A stretch of DNA of 64,000 nucleotides from an uncultured bacterium (GTDB lineage Bacteria; Planctomycetota; UBA1135; GCA-002686595): positions 608,001-672,000 of the forward strand of contig CALSNU010000004.1 of the NCBI GenBank assembly GCA_943787795.1, written 5' to 3'. Below are positions 35,788-45,578 of this stretch, one piece after another (position 1 is the first letter of the stretch; each line of letters opens with the position of its first letter). A program made the translations under genes and the position numbers. The notes under the pieces were generated by a model, which saw only the letters and a program-made list of their open reading frames with translations, was not told the DNA's origin and searched no databases.

Positions 35788-38616
35788 TCAGGCCGGGGCG
35801 TCGACGCCGTAGAAGGTCCCCGGATAGAGGCCCTCGCCGACCGCACCGTCCTCGACCTTGCGAACCTCCGCGGCGCAGACCTTGTACTCCGCGGTGTCCG
35901 TCACGGGGTCCCCCGCGTCGTTGGTGATCACGTTGGCTCGCGCCTCGAAGAAGTGCAGGGGCATCCAGATGCAGCGCGGCTGGACCTGGCGCGAGTAGAG
36001 CGCCCTGACCCGCACCGAGCCGCGCCGGGTCGAGATCTCGACAAGGTCCCGGTCCTCGATGCCGCGCTTCTTCGCATCGCGGGGGTGGATCTCAACCCAG
36101 GCCTCGGACTGCTTCGCGTCGAGCCCCGACTCGCGTCGGGTCTGGGTCGCACAGTTGTAGTGGTACAGCGTCCGCCCGGTCGAGAGGAGCAGGCCGTAGG
36201 TCTCGTCAGGGAGCTCCGCCGGCGGGCGATAGTCCACCGCCTGGAACAGCCCCTTGCCCCGCAGGATTCCCTCCTCGTGGAGGAAGGTCGTCCCCGGGTG
36301 GTCCGGGGTCGGGCAGGGCCACTGGAGGCCCGTCTTGGGGAGCTCGACCGTGGCGTCGAGCCGGGCGTGGCTGATCCCGGAGAACTTGTCCGCGTCACGC
36401 ACCAGCTCGTCGTAGACGTCGGCAGCGGTGTCGAACGACCAGTCCGCGCCGCTCGCGTTGGCGAGCGCGATCAGGATGCGCCAGTCCTCGCGCGCCTCGC
36501 CCGGCGGCTCGACGGCCTTGCGCACGCGCTGAACGCGCCGCTCGGAGTTGGTGAAGACGCCCTCCTTCTCGGCGAAGACCGACGCGGGGAAGACCACGTC
36601 CGCGAAGCGGCAGGTCTCGTTGAGGAAGGCGTCCTGCACGACCACGAACTCGGCGGCGTTCATGCCCTTCTCGAGCTCCATGCAGTTCGGCTCGGAGAGG
36701 ACCACGTCCTCCCCCATGACGAAGAGGCCTCTGATGCTCTTGCCCACCTCCTTCATCATCACGTTCAGGTTCAGTCCCGGCTCGGAGGGGAACGTCGTCC
36801 CCCACGCCTCCTCGTACCTGGCGTGGGCCTCGGGGTCGTCGACCCGCTGGTAGCCCGGGAGGAAGATCGGGGTCGCGCCGGCGTCGTTGGCGCCCTGGAC
36901 GTTGTTCTGTCCGCGCAGCGGGTTCATCCCTGAAGAGGGCTTGCCCAGGTGCCCGGTCATGAGCACGAGGTTCGCGAGGGCGTAGACGTTGTCCGTGCCG
37001 TGCGTGTGCTCGGTGATCCCGAGGGTGTAGTAGATCCCGGCCTTCTCCGTGGTCGCGTACTTGCGCGCGACCCAGCGGATGTCCTCGGCGGAGATCCCCG
37101 TGTGCTCCTCCGCCGCCTCGGGCGAGTAGCGCTTCACGGTCTCCCGCACCGCCTCGAAGCCCTCGGTGTTCTCGGCCACGAAGGTCTCGTCCACGAGGCC
37201 CTCCTCGCAGATCACGTGGGCCATGGCGTTCAGCAGCCAGACGTCGCAGCCCGGCTTCAGCTGGAGGTGCTTCTCCGCGATGGTCGACATCCAGATCTTG
37301 CGCGGGTCCGCGACCACCATGGTCGCGCCGCGCCGCACCGCCCGCTTCATCTCCATGGCGATGATCGGGTGCGCCTCGCTCGTGTTGCTCCCGATCACGA
37401 ACAGGAAGTCCGCGTTACGGATCTCCCCGATCGAGTTCGTCATCGCGCCCGCTCCGAAGGTGGTGACCAGACCGGCCACCGTCGGAGCGTGTCATGTCGC
37501 TGCACACTGATGGATGTTGTTCGTCTTGAACACCGCCCGCGATAGCTTCTGCACGAGGTAGTTCTCCTCCATCGTGCAGCGCGACGAGCTGACGAAGCCC
37601 AGCCCGTTGGGCCCGTGCCGCTCGCTGACGCCGTGGAGGCCCGCGGCCGCCACAGAGAGCGCGTTCTCCCAGCTGGTCGGCACCAGCTCGCCCGCGTCGT
37701 TGCGGACCAGCGGGCTCGTGATGCGCTCCTCGTGGTGGATGAAGTCGTAGGCGAAGCGCCCCTTCACGCACAGGTTGCCGTCGTTCGTGGTCGTGCCCGC
37801 GGGCGGGCTGGTGACCTTCACCACCTGACCGCGGCCGTCGTTGGCGTCCGGGTCCACGTTGAGGTCGAGCTGGCACCCGACGCCGCAGAAGTTGCACGTG
37901 CTGCGCACCTTGGTCAGCTCGCGCTCGGGCTTGGCCTCGCGCGTCAGGGGCATCTTCTCCCCCATGGCGCCCGTGGGGCAGACGTCCACGCACCCGCCGC
38001 ACATCTCGCAGGTGGTGTCCATCAAGGACAGCCCGTCCACCGTCGCGATGGTGGTCTCCGCGCCGCGGCCCGCGAGGGTGATGGCGCTGACGCCCTCGAC
38101 CTCCTCGCAGTAGCGCGTGCAGCGCGCGCAGGAGATGCAGGTGTCGGCGTTGAAGTGGATGTAGGGGTTGCGGTCCGCGTCGCGGTTGTCCCGCAGGGAC
38201 TCCATGAAGCCCCAGTCCCGCGGCGCCTCGTAGCGCGCCGCCATCTCCAGCAGCTCGTTGGGCGCGCCGCGCTCCGCGACCTCGATGTCCTGGGGGTGGT
38301 CCGTGAGGTAGAGGGCGAAGAGGGTCTTGCGGTGGCGGTCGATCCGCTCCGTCTCCGTCCGCACCTCCGCGCCGTCCTGGGCGGGGGTCTTGCAGGCGGG
38401 GAGCAGTCGGCGCTGCCCCTCGACCTCCACCAGGCAGGTCCGGCAGGCGCCCGCCGGCTCCAGGCGCGGGTCATGGCACAGGGTCGGGATCTCCGCCCCC
38501 GCGCGCTGGGCGACCTCGAGGATCGTCTCGCCCGCCTGGAAGGGCATCTGTCGTCCGTCCACCTGGATGGACCTGGCCGGCCGCTTGGGCGGGTCCGGTT
38601 CGCTTCGCTCGATCAT
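35788..38616 (-). CDS. fdhF: Selenocysteine-containing Mo/W formate dehydrogenase alpha subunit (942 aa, Sec at TGA 37492-37494)
   Basis: ORFs 37492..38616 and 35788..37479 are in one frame and join as NNIHQCAAT-U-HAPTVAGL. Also CNFCGVGC...LCVKG, PLRGQNNVQG, N-terminal 2Fe-2S and 2x4Fe-4S motifs. Confidence 0.93.
37450..37489 (-). promoter_or_regulatory. Bacterial SECIS element
   Basis: Starts 2 nt 3' of the UGA: CGCUCCGA-C-GGUGGCC-GGUCU-GGUCACC-ACCU-UCGGAGCG, a two-tier hairpin with a GGUC apical loop like the E. coli fdhF SECIS. Confidence 0.85.
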
Positions 38617-38619
38617 CTC

Positions 38620-40230
38620 TCAGCCCTCCTTGGAGGTCTCCTCTTCGAACGCCTCGGGGAAGTACTTGAGCGCACTCGTCAGCGGCAGCGGCGCCGCCTG
38701 ACCCAGTCCACAGATCGAGCCCTCGTTCATCTGCCAGGCCGCGTCGGCGGCGTTGGCCAGGGGGCCGTCCACGTCGTCGCCGCGCGCCTGCCGCTCCACG
38801 GACTCGCGCAGGTAGCGCGTCCCGATCCGGCACGGGGCGCACTGGCCGCAGCTCTCCGCCTCGAAGAACCGCAGCTGCTGGGCGGCCGCCCAGCGCATAT
38901 CCACGGTGTCGTTCAGGACCACCACGCCGGCGGAGCCGAGCATGGAGCCGAGGCCGCCGAGGTGGGCGAAGTCCAGGGGGTCGCCCCGCCGCTCCGCGGG
39001 CAGGAACCCCGAGCTGGCCCCGCCGGGGCTGAAGGCCTTCAGCTCGCCGACGTAGCCGCCGGCCGCCGCCACGAGTTCGTCCAGCGAGACGCCGAGCGGG
39101 AGCTCGTAGGTCCCGGGCTGGCCCACGTGACCGCTCACGCAGTAGAGCTTGGTCCCGGCCTCGGTTCGACCGAGCCCGCGGAACCACTCACCGCCGCGCT
39201 CAACGATCCCCGGGACGCAGGCGATGGTCTCCACGTTGTGGATCAGCGTGGGCTTGCCCCACAGCCCGACCTCCACCGGGAAGGGCGGCTTGATCCGCGG
39301 CATGCCGCGCTTGCCCTCGAGCGCCTCGAGCAGGGCCGTCTCCTCCCCGCAGATGTAGGCGCCGTTGCCCTCGTGGGTGTGGAAGTGAATGTCGCCGTAG
39401 ATCCCCGACGCGTGAGCCTCGTCGATCATCCGCCGGATGATCCCGAGGGGCACCTCGAACTCGCCGCGCAGGTACAGGTAGCAGTCCTTCGCGCCGATGG
39501 CGTGCGCCGCGATGGCGAGCCCCTCGAGCACGAGGTCGGGGCGGCGCAGCATGCACTCGCGATCCTTGAACGTGCCCGGCTCTCCCTCGTCCGCGTTCAG
39601 GACAACAAAGCGCTCTTGCTCGGCCTGGCCGGCGACGCCGCGCCACTTGATGTGCGCGGGGAACCCAGCGCCCCCTCGTCCCTGGAGACCCGCGGCCTCG
39701 AGGAGGTCGATGACGCCCTCGGGGCCAAGCTCCGACGCCGCCTTGAAGGCCGCGCCCAGGGGCGCAGCGGGCTTGCAGAGGTCGATGGCGAGCTCCCCGT
39801 CCGCCGCTCCCTCCGGCCCGACCGCTCCGGTCCACTCGGTCTCGCCGGGGGCCGCGGCGCTGTCGAGCTTGGACCAGTCGCTGCCGGCGGCCTTCACATC
39901 CTCCACCGTCACGTGGGGCATGGTCCGCCGATCGCGGAGCACCGCCGGAGGCACGTCGCAGCCGGCGAGGCACGAGGCCTCCTCCACGGGCAGGCCCTGG
40001 GCCTTGGCGGCGTCGAGGACCTCCTGCGCGCCGCCGAGCAGGCAGCTGAGCCCCGTGCACACGCGGACCTTCGCCTCGGAGCGCGAGAGCATGTGATAGA
40101 AGCTCCCGATCCCCCACACGTGCGCCTCGGGGACCCCCGTCTCCCTCGCGATGTCACGGGCGACGCCCTCGAGCAGTCCGCCCGCTTCTCGCAGTCGATC
40201 GGGTACAGAGGCAGCGTCGTGTCGGCTCAT
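38620..40230 (-). CDS. Fused NuoE/NuoF-like diaphorase subunit of NAD-dependent formate dehydrogenase
   Basis: VCTGLSC...SCLAGC (2Fe-2S); GRGGAGFP, NADEGEPGTFKDR, YICGEETAL, ESCGQCAPCRIG...SICGLG. Confidence 0.92.
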   Translation of the reverse strand: MSRHDAASVPDRLREAGGLLEGVARDIARETGVPEAHVWGIGSFYHMLSRSEAKVRVCTGLSCLLGGAQEVLDAAKAQGLPVEEASCLAGCDVPPAVLRDRRTMPHVTVEDVKAAGSDWSKLDSAAAPGETEWTGAVGPEGAADGELAIDLCKPAAPLGAAFKAASELGPEGVIDLLEAAGLQGRGGAGFPAHIKWRGVAGQAEQERFVVLNADEGEPGTFKDRECMLRRPDLVLEGLAIAAHAIGAKDCYLYLRGEFEVPLGIIRRMIDEAHASGIYGDIHFHTHEGNGAYICGEETALLEALEGKRGMPRIKPPFPVEVGLWGKPTLIHNVETIACVPGIVERGGEWFRGLGRTEAGTKLYCVSGHVGQPGTYELPLGVSLDELVAAAGGYVGELKAFSPGGASSGFLPAERRGDPLDFAHLGGLGSMLGSAGVVVLNDTVDMRWAAAQQLRFFEAESCGQCAPCRIGTRYLRESVERQARGDDVDGPLANAADAAWQMNEGSICGLGQAAPLPLTSALKYFPEAFEEETSKEG

Positions 40231-40344
40231 GATGGGTCTGATGGGCGCGCCGCGTGGCGCCCCGACATTATGCGTCGGACCGCCCTCCAGCGCTGGCCGA
40301 GTCTCGCTGCGGGAGTCGATTCCCGCGGAGATCCGCTCGCCGCC

Positions 40345-42486
40345 TCAGCGGCCGCCCCGTGACGTACCCCCGCCGGGCTCTGGAAACAGCTCCAGAAGGG
40401 GCACTCGCTGGAAGGTCATGTGCGCCCGGCTGCCCTCGTAGAGGATCCCCACAGTGTCCGCGTCGATCATCGTCAGGCAGGAATAGCCCGCCGACTGGCC
40501 CTCATCAAGGAGCAGCCAGCGGTCCGCTGCCCAGGACTCCCCCCCGTCGCTCGAGGCACGGATCGTCATCCGCCGCCTGGGCGCCGACGGGACAGCGGGG
40601 TTTGAGAAGAGCAGGCGACCGTCCGGCTCGCCGTCCAGCTCCCTCCCCACATGGATCAAGCTCGCCATGCAGACCGGCTCCGTCAGGCCGGAGCGGGAGC
40701 TCGGGTGAGGCACCCACGTCCCCCCCTCGTCCCGCGTGGTGAAGATGGCGCGCGACCCACCGCGGTTGTCGCGCATGTTCAGCATCAGTTCCCCGTCCGC
40801 CAGCTCGACCACGGCCGCCTCGGTGGTGTCAGGCCGCGCACCGGTGCCGATCCCCCACGTGGCTCCTCCGTCCGCGCTGACCAGCACCGTCGAGTGCGGG
40901 GTTCGGCCCTGGTCCGGGCTCAGCTGAAACTGGGCCGGAAAGACGAGGCGGCCGTCGCCCATGGTGATCCCCCGGCCGGGCCCCTGCAGCAGGTAGGACC
41001 ACGCCGGGTCCTTCACCATCTCGGTCAGGTTCCGCAGCGGTCCAAAGGTCCGCCCATCGTCGGTGCTCGTGGTGAGCATCAGCTGCCCGGTCTCCTCGGG
41101 CGCGAGCCCGGGCCCGCTGCCCCGCCACGCTCGGTCTCCGTGGCTCCAGGCCGCCAGCACGTGGACGTGACCCCGCTCGCGGTCCACCAGCACGGCCGGG
41201 TCGCCGACGCCGTCGCCTCGCCATCCATCGCCTGGCCCCTGGGTCATGATCACCTCCATCGGAGACCATGACCTCCCCCCGTCCACGCTCCGAGAGCAGC
41301 CCACGTCAATACGGCCAGGGAGATCGCCCCACCCCTTCCAACGAATGTCGTAGACCGCGATCAAGGTCCCCTTGGGCGTCGTGACGAGGCCCGGAATTCG
41401 GTAGGCGCGAGAGCCCCCGGAGCCCGCGCTGCGGAGCGCGAGCCCCAGGCGCTGCACGGTGGCCGGGCTCGGATCCTCCACCTGGATCTCCTCTCCACCG
41501 ATCACCACCGACCGGACCCTGGCGTCGACCCGGCCGTCGAGGTCCGCCCCGGCAGCAGGCGTCACCGAGATCCAGAACACATTGCGACCGGGCGTCAGCG
41601 CCCGCGGACCTCGAACCGTATGAAGCCGGGTCGCGTCTCGCCCGGGACGACGCGACGCGCCGAAGCGGTCCGCATCCTTGAAGACGCTGTCCGGTTGGTC
41701 GTAGGAGAGCTCGATGCTCGCGCCACCGTGGAAGACCTCCACGCGCTCCAGCTCACCAGGTTGGGTGGTCCCGGCGAGGTCGAAGCTGATGGACTCGAGT
41801 TCGAGCGCATCGAGGAGGCCGCTTGTGACGACCTCGAGCGCGAGGACCGGGTTCAATCGGTTGCCGACGAGCACCGGGAGGACCGGCTGGAGGGCCCGGC
41901 ACCCCACGATCGCCATGGGGCGCGCGGGCTCGAGCGTCACGTCGTCGATCAGGACCCCCTTTCCAGCGGGAGAGACACACCGAACCCGAAGCCCGTCCGC
42001 CCCAGGCGGCAAGGTCGCGGCGACCTCGGCGCGGAAGCCCCCGATGATCACGTCTCCCGAGGCGTCGACGAGCTCCGTCCAGCGCCCCGACACCCGGACG
42101 GCCACGGTGAGTTCGAAGGGGTCCGTCCGCGTCCAGCGCTCAGCCCAGAAGCTGAACCGCCCCGCGCCGCCAAGCTCATCGAAGTCCAGCTGGATCTCGC
42201 AGCGGCGTCCTCCGGTCAGGTGCAGACTGCGGGAACCCGAGCGGACGTGCTCTCCGTTGATCGCAGCCGCTCCCTGCGTCACTTCCCAGACCCCGATCTT
42301 CGACTCGAGCCTGGTGAACGCCCCGACCGCGGCGCCCTCGAACCCTTCGCCGCCCAGGTCGCCCAGCGCCCGCAGCGAGGCGGAAGGCTCAACCTTGGCG
42401 GGGACCTTCGAGGGGCTCGGCCCCCCGGGCCACAGGGACGAGGCGGCCGAGAGCGCCAACAGAGAGGTCGAGAGGAGGAGGACCAT
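40345..42486 (-). CDS. Secreted exo-alpha-sialidase (GH33) with N-terminal accessory domains
   Basis: YRIPGL; Asp-boxes SVDGGRSW, STDDGRTF, SADGGATW, TRDEGGTW, SSDGGESW; AGYSCL. Start chosen at ATG 42486 (signal peptide). Confidence 0.9.
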   Translation of the reverse strand: MVLLLSTSLLALSAASSLWPGGPSPSKVPAKVEPSASLRALGDLGGEGFEGAAVGAFTRLESKIGVWEVTQGAAAINGEHVRSGSRSLHLTGGRRCEIQLDFDELGGAGRFSFWAERWTRTDPFELTVAVRVSGRWTELVDASGDVIIGGFRAEVAATLPPGADGLRVRCVSPAGKGVLIDDVTLEPARPMAIVGCRALQPVLPVLVGNRLNPVLALEVVTSGLLDALELESISFDLAGTTQPGELERVEVFHGGASIELSYDQPDSVFKDADRFGASRRPGRDATRLHTVRGPRALTPGRNVFWISVTPAAGADLDGRVDARVRSVVIGGEEIQVEDPSPATVQRLGLALRSAGSGGSRAYRIPGLVTTPKGTLIAVYDIRWKGWGDLPGRIDVGCSRSVDGGRSWSPMEVIMTQGPGDGWRGDGVGDPAVLVDRERGHVHVLAAWSHGDRAWRGSGPGLAPEETGQLMLTTSTDDGRTFGPLRNLTEMVKDPAWSYLLQGPGRGITMGDGRLVFPAQFQLSPDQGRTPHSTVLVSADGGATWGIGTGARPDTTEAAVVELADGELMLNMRDNRGGSRAIFTTRDEGGTWVPHPSSRSGLTEPVCMASLIHVGRELDGEPDGRLLFSNPAVPSAPRRRMTIRASSDGGESWAADRWLLLDEGQSAGYSCLTMIDADTVGILYEGSRAHMTFQRVPLLELFPEPGGGTSRGGR

Positions 42487-42825
42487 GCCGCCAAGGATGC
42501 ACCTGGAGGGCGCCTCGTCGGGCCCGCTCGATCCGGTCTCCCGGTGAGAATTCCGTGAGACCCGCGCCGGGCGCCGCCGGGCCAGCCCCAGCGCTCTCGG
42601 CGGGTGAACCGCCGCCCGAACCGCTCTGCGGCGCCCAGGAGGCCGCCTCTGCCGCTTGTATGAGCCGCGGGGAACCTCCTCCCATGAAGGTGCGTCTATC
42701 TGAGATGGCCGCGGAGGCTCGCGCCCCTTGGCGCGTGGACCGCGTACTTTTTGACGGCGAACATCCGCTCGCGCCTCCGCGAGCCGGCCCGCCTGGCTCC
42801 TGTCCGTCCTTCCAGATCTTCCTCC

Positions 42826-44790
42826 ATGCTGTCGATCCTCACGACCCTCGCTCTCGCCGCCGCCCCCCAAGCGGTCGATCCCATCGGCAGCCTCCAGCGC
42901 CTCGCCGTCCCCACCGACCCCGAGGGCACCGTTGTGATCTCGGTGGAGCTGGACGGCCAGCCCGCTGACCTCCTCCTTGAGCGCTACTCGCTGCGCGCCG
43001 GCGACTTCCAGCTGCTCGTCTCTCGCCCTGACGGTTCCCTGGCCCCGATGCCCGCTCCCCGCCCGAACACCTGGCGAGGCGAGGTCCCCGGATGGCCCGA
43101 CACCATCGTGACGGCGACCATCAACCACGAGGGCCTCTCGGCGGTCGTCGCCGACTACGCCACCGATCGCGAGTGGCAGATCCAGCCGGCGGCCGGACTC
43201 CCGGCCGGGACCTACTCGGTGGCGCGCGCCAGCGACCTCCCGGCCACCGGCGGCGTCTGCGGCGTCGGGAACCAGGTCGGCTCCCAAGGCACCAACAACG
43301 GGCCCGCGACGAGCAATCTAGGGACGGGCCTCCAGCTCTGCGAGATCGCCTTCGACGCGGACTTCGAGTTCTACCAGCGCAATGGCAACAGCGTTCAGGC
43401 CACGATCGACGACATCGAACGGATCATGAACCGGGTCGACACGATCTACGTACGCGACGTGGACGTCACGATTCAGCTGACGGGCATCGTGGTGCGGAGC
43501 ACCTCCGCCGACCCGTACACGACCAGCGACGCAGGCCAGCTCCTCGACCAGTTCCGTAACCACTGGAACCAGAACTTCACCGGCATTCGGCGCGACCTCG
43601 CGCACCTGTTCACCGGCCGTAACGTCAACGGCGGCACGATCGGCATCGCCTACCTCGGCGTCGTCTGCAGCCAGAGCGTCGGCTACGGCCTCTCCGAGTC
43701 GCGCTTCACCAACAACCTGGTGAACCGCACGGGCCTGACCGCCCACGAGATGGGTCACAACTTCAACTCCAATCACTGCGACGGCAACGGTGACTGTCGG
43801 ATCATGTGCTCCGGCCTTGGGGGCTGTAACAACGACGTCACGCGCTTCGGGACGGCCAGCGCCAACGGGATCCGCAGCTACGCCATCAACCGCCCCTGCC
43901 TGCTCGACCTCTCGCCCCCTCTCGCCCTGCCGGTCACCGACACCTTCCCCGCCACCCAGCTGAACCGCGACATCTGGATCACGTTCCAGGGCACGGACAT
44001 CACCAACGCGGCGGTCAACGAGCCCTCCCCGCCGTACTCGATCCGCCTCAACGCTCAGAGCTCAACGACGCTCAAGGACGACCGGCTGATCTCCAACAAG
44101 CTGCTTCTCGACGGCCTCAACAACGCGTCCGTCAGCTTCTACTCGCAGCACCGCGGTGTGCCCGCCGGCGGCGCGATTGACGTGGAGATCCTCGACTCGA
44201 GCAACGACTGGATCCTCCTCGAGCGGGTCGTCTCCAACGGCGTCGACGAGTCCAACTTCACCTTCCATCAGATCGCGGTGCCTGCTGGCGCCTACTTCGA
44301 TGAGGCGCAGGTCCGCATCACCGCCGACGTGGATAGCGGCAGCCAGAACTGGTACATCGACGACTTCGAGGTGACGGACAACACCTGCGGCGGCGTCACC
44401 AACTTCTGCTTCGGCAACCCCAACTCGGCCAGCATCAATGGGGCGAATATCACCACCCTCGGCTCCACCAACCTGGCCGCCAACGACCTCACGTTGCTGA
44501 CAACGAGCTGCCCGGTCGGGAGCTTCGGCATCTACATCTTCGGCGACCAGCAGACCCAGGTCTTCCTCGGGAACGGGTTCCTCTGCGTCACCGGGAACCC
44601 GCTCTATCGCCTCGGGATCGCCCAGGCCGACATCTTCGGCACGAGCTTCCTGTCGATCGATAACCAGAACCTCCCCGGCGGGCTGATGATCAGCCCAGGC
44701 GACACCTACAACGCGCAGCTGTGGTACCGCGACTCTGTCGGGGCCGGCTTCAACCTGAGCAACGGCGTCGAGATCAACTTCTGCCCCTGA
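42826..44790 (+). CDS. Secreted M12/reprolysin-like zinc metallopeptidase with WYRD-type tail
   Basis: Signal MLSILTTLALAAAP; RDLAHLFTG, IGIAYLGVVC, HEMGHNFNSNH, Met-turn RIMCS. Confidence 0.87.
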   Translation: MLSILTTLALAAAPQAVDPIGSLQRLAVPTDPEGTVVISVELDGQPADLLLERYSLRAGDFQLLVSRPDGSLAPMPAPRPNTWRGEVPGWPDTIVTATINHEGLSAVVADYATDREWQIQPAAGLPAGTYSVARASDLPATGGVCGVGNQVGSQGTNNGPATSNLGTGLQLCEIAFDADFEFYQRNGNSVQATIDDIERIMNRVDTIYVRDVDVTIQLTGIVVRSTSADPYTTSDAGQLLDQFRNHWNQNFTGIRRDLAHLFTGRNVNGGTIGIAYLGVVCSQSVGYGLSESRFTNNLVNRTGLTAHEMGHNFNSNHCDGNGDCRIMCSGLGGCNNDVTRFGTASANGIRSYAINRPCLLDLSPPLALPVTDTFPATQLNRDIWITFQGTDITNAAVNEPSPPYSIRLNAQSSTTLKDDRLISNKLLLDGLNNASVSFYSQHRGVPAGGAIDVEILDSSNDWILLERVVSNGVDESNFTFHQIAVPAGAYFDEAQVRITADVDSGSQNWYIDDFEVTDNTCGGVTNFCFGNPNSASINGANITTLGSTNLAANDLTLLTTSCPVGSFGIYIFGDQQTQVFLGNGFLCVTGNPLYRLGIAQADIFGTSFLSIDNQNLPGGLMISPGDTYNAQLWYRDSVGAGFNLSNGVEINFCP

Positions 44791-44812
44791 GCCCAGCGCC
44801 CCACCTCGCTTG

Positions 44813-44846
44813 AGAGCCCCCGCCGGACCGATCCGGCGGGGGCTCT
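44813..44846 (+). terminator. Intrinsic terminator
   Basis: AGAGCCCCCGCCGGA-CCGA-TCCGGCGGGGGCTCT then TGTCGT. Confidence 0.8.
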
Positions 44847-44935
44847 TGTCGTCCGTGGCGATCCTCCCGCAGAGGGCACGCCGGATGTGCTACATCTCTG
44901 CGGCGGTGCCATGACGGGCAGCGCGCCCCTCCCCC

Positions 44936-45553
44936 ATGAAGAAGCTCTCCCTGCTCCTCCTCTCCCTGGCCATCGTGGCCGTCGTCGCGACCTCCCTCGG
45001 CGGCTGCTCCTCGACCATCGAGAACCGCGACCCCTCGGGCGAGCCCTTCCCCTCGGTCGAGGCCACCTCCCTCGCGGGCGAGGCGGTCAAGATCCCCGAG
45101 GACTTCGCTGGCGCCCCGGTCCTGCTCCTCGTGGGGTACGTCCAGGGGACGCAGTTCGACATCGATCGCTGGCTCTACGGCGCCATCGACGCCGAGCTCG
45201 AGATCGCGCTCCGGGAGGTCCCCGCAGCCCGCGGCGCGGCGGCGAGCCTCGCCAAGGGCTTCATCGACTCAGGGATGCAGCGCGGCATCCCCAGGGATGA
45301 ATGGGGCGCGGTCACGACGACCTACGGCGACGCGGCGGAGGCCATCGGGCGGTTCACCGGAACCGAGAGGCCCCGTAACGCCCGTGTCCTGCTGCTCGAT
45401 TCGAACGGCATGGTCCGGTGGTTCTACGACCAGGGCTACTCAGCGATGAAGCTCAAGGCGCTGGAAGCCGCCGTGAAAGACGTCGCCGCACCGGCTCCCG
45501 ATGCCGATGCCGATGCCGATGCCAATATTGACGCGGACACCGACGCCGAGTGA
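44936..45553 (+). CDS. Lipoprotein with thioredoxin-like fold and acidic Asp-Ala tail
   Basis: LGG-C lipobox; GEPFPSVEATSLAGE..IP and VLLLDSNGMVRW resemble redoxin folds; no CxxC. Tail encoded partly by (GATGCC)4 at 45500-45523. Confidence 0.6.
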   Translation: MKKLSLLLLSLAIVAVVATSLGGCSSTIENRDPSGEPFPSVEATSLAGEAVKIPEDFAGAPVLLLVGYVQGTQFDIDRWLYGAIDAELEIALREVPAARGAAASLAKGFIDSGMQRGIPRDEWGAVTTTYGDAAEAIGRFTGTERPRNARVLLLDSNGMVRWFYDQGYSAMKLKALEAAVKDVAAPAPDADADADANIDADTDAE

Positions 45554-45578
45554 GGGCCTGCGACCCACCCCACCCACC

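Noticed and set aside
37492..37494. TGA as a nonsense mutation making fdh a pseudogene
   Set aside because: It sits exactly at the Cys/Sec ligand position and is followed by His and a SECIS-like hairpin.
38620..40230. Respiratory complex I (nuo) locus
   Set aside because: No membrane-arm genes; the NuoEF-like gene is coupled to the FDH alpha subunit.
37615..40362. 915-aa + strand ORF and similar long overlapping ORFs (e.g. 60900-63266, 53660-55894, 9289-10968)
   Set aside because: Antisense or alternate-frame shadows of clear genes, expected at this GC content. Low-complexity Arg/Gly/Ala composition and no motifs.
42487..43287. N-terminal extension of the sialidase ORF
   Set aside because: Overlaps the divergent M12 gene; a signal peptide begins at ATG 42486.
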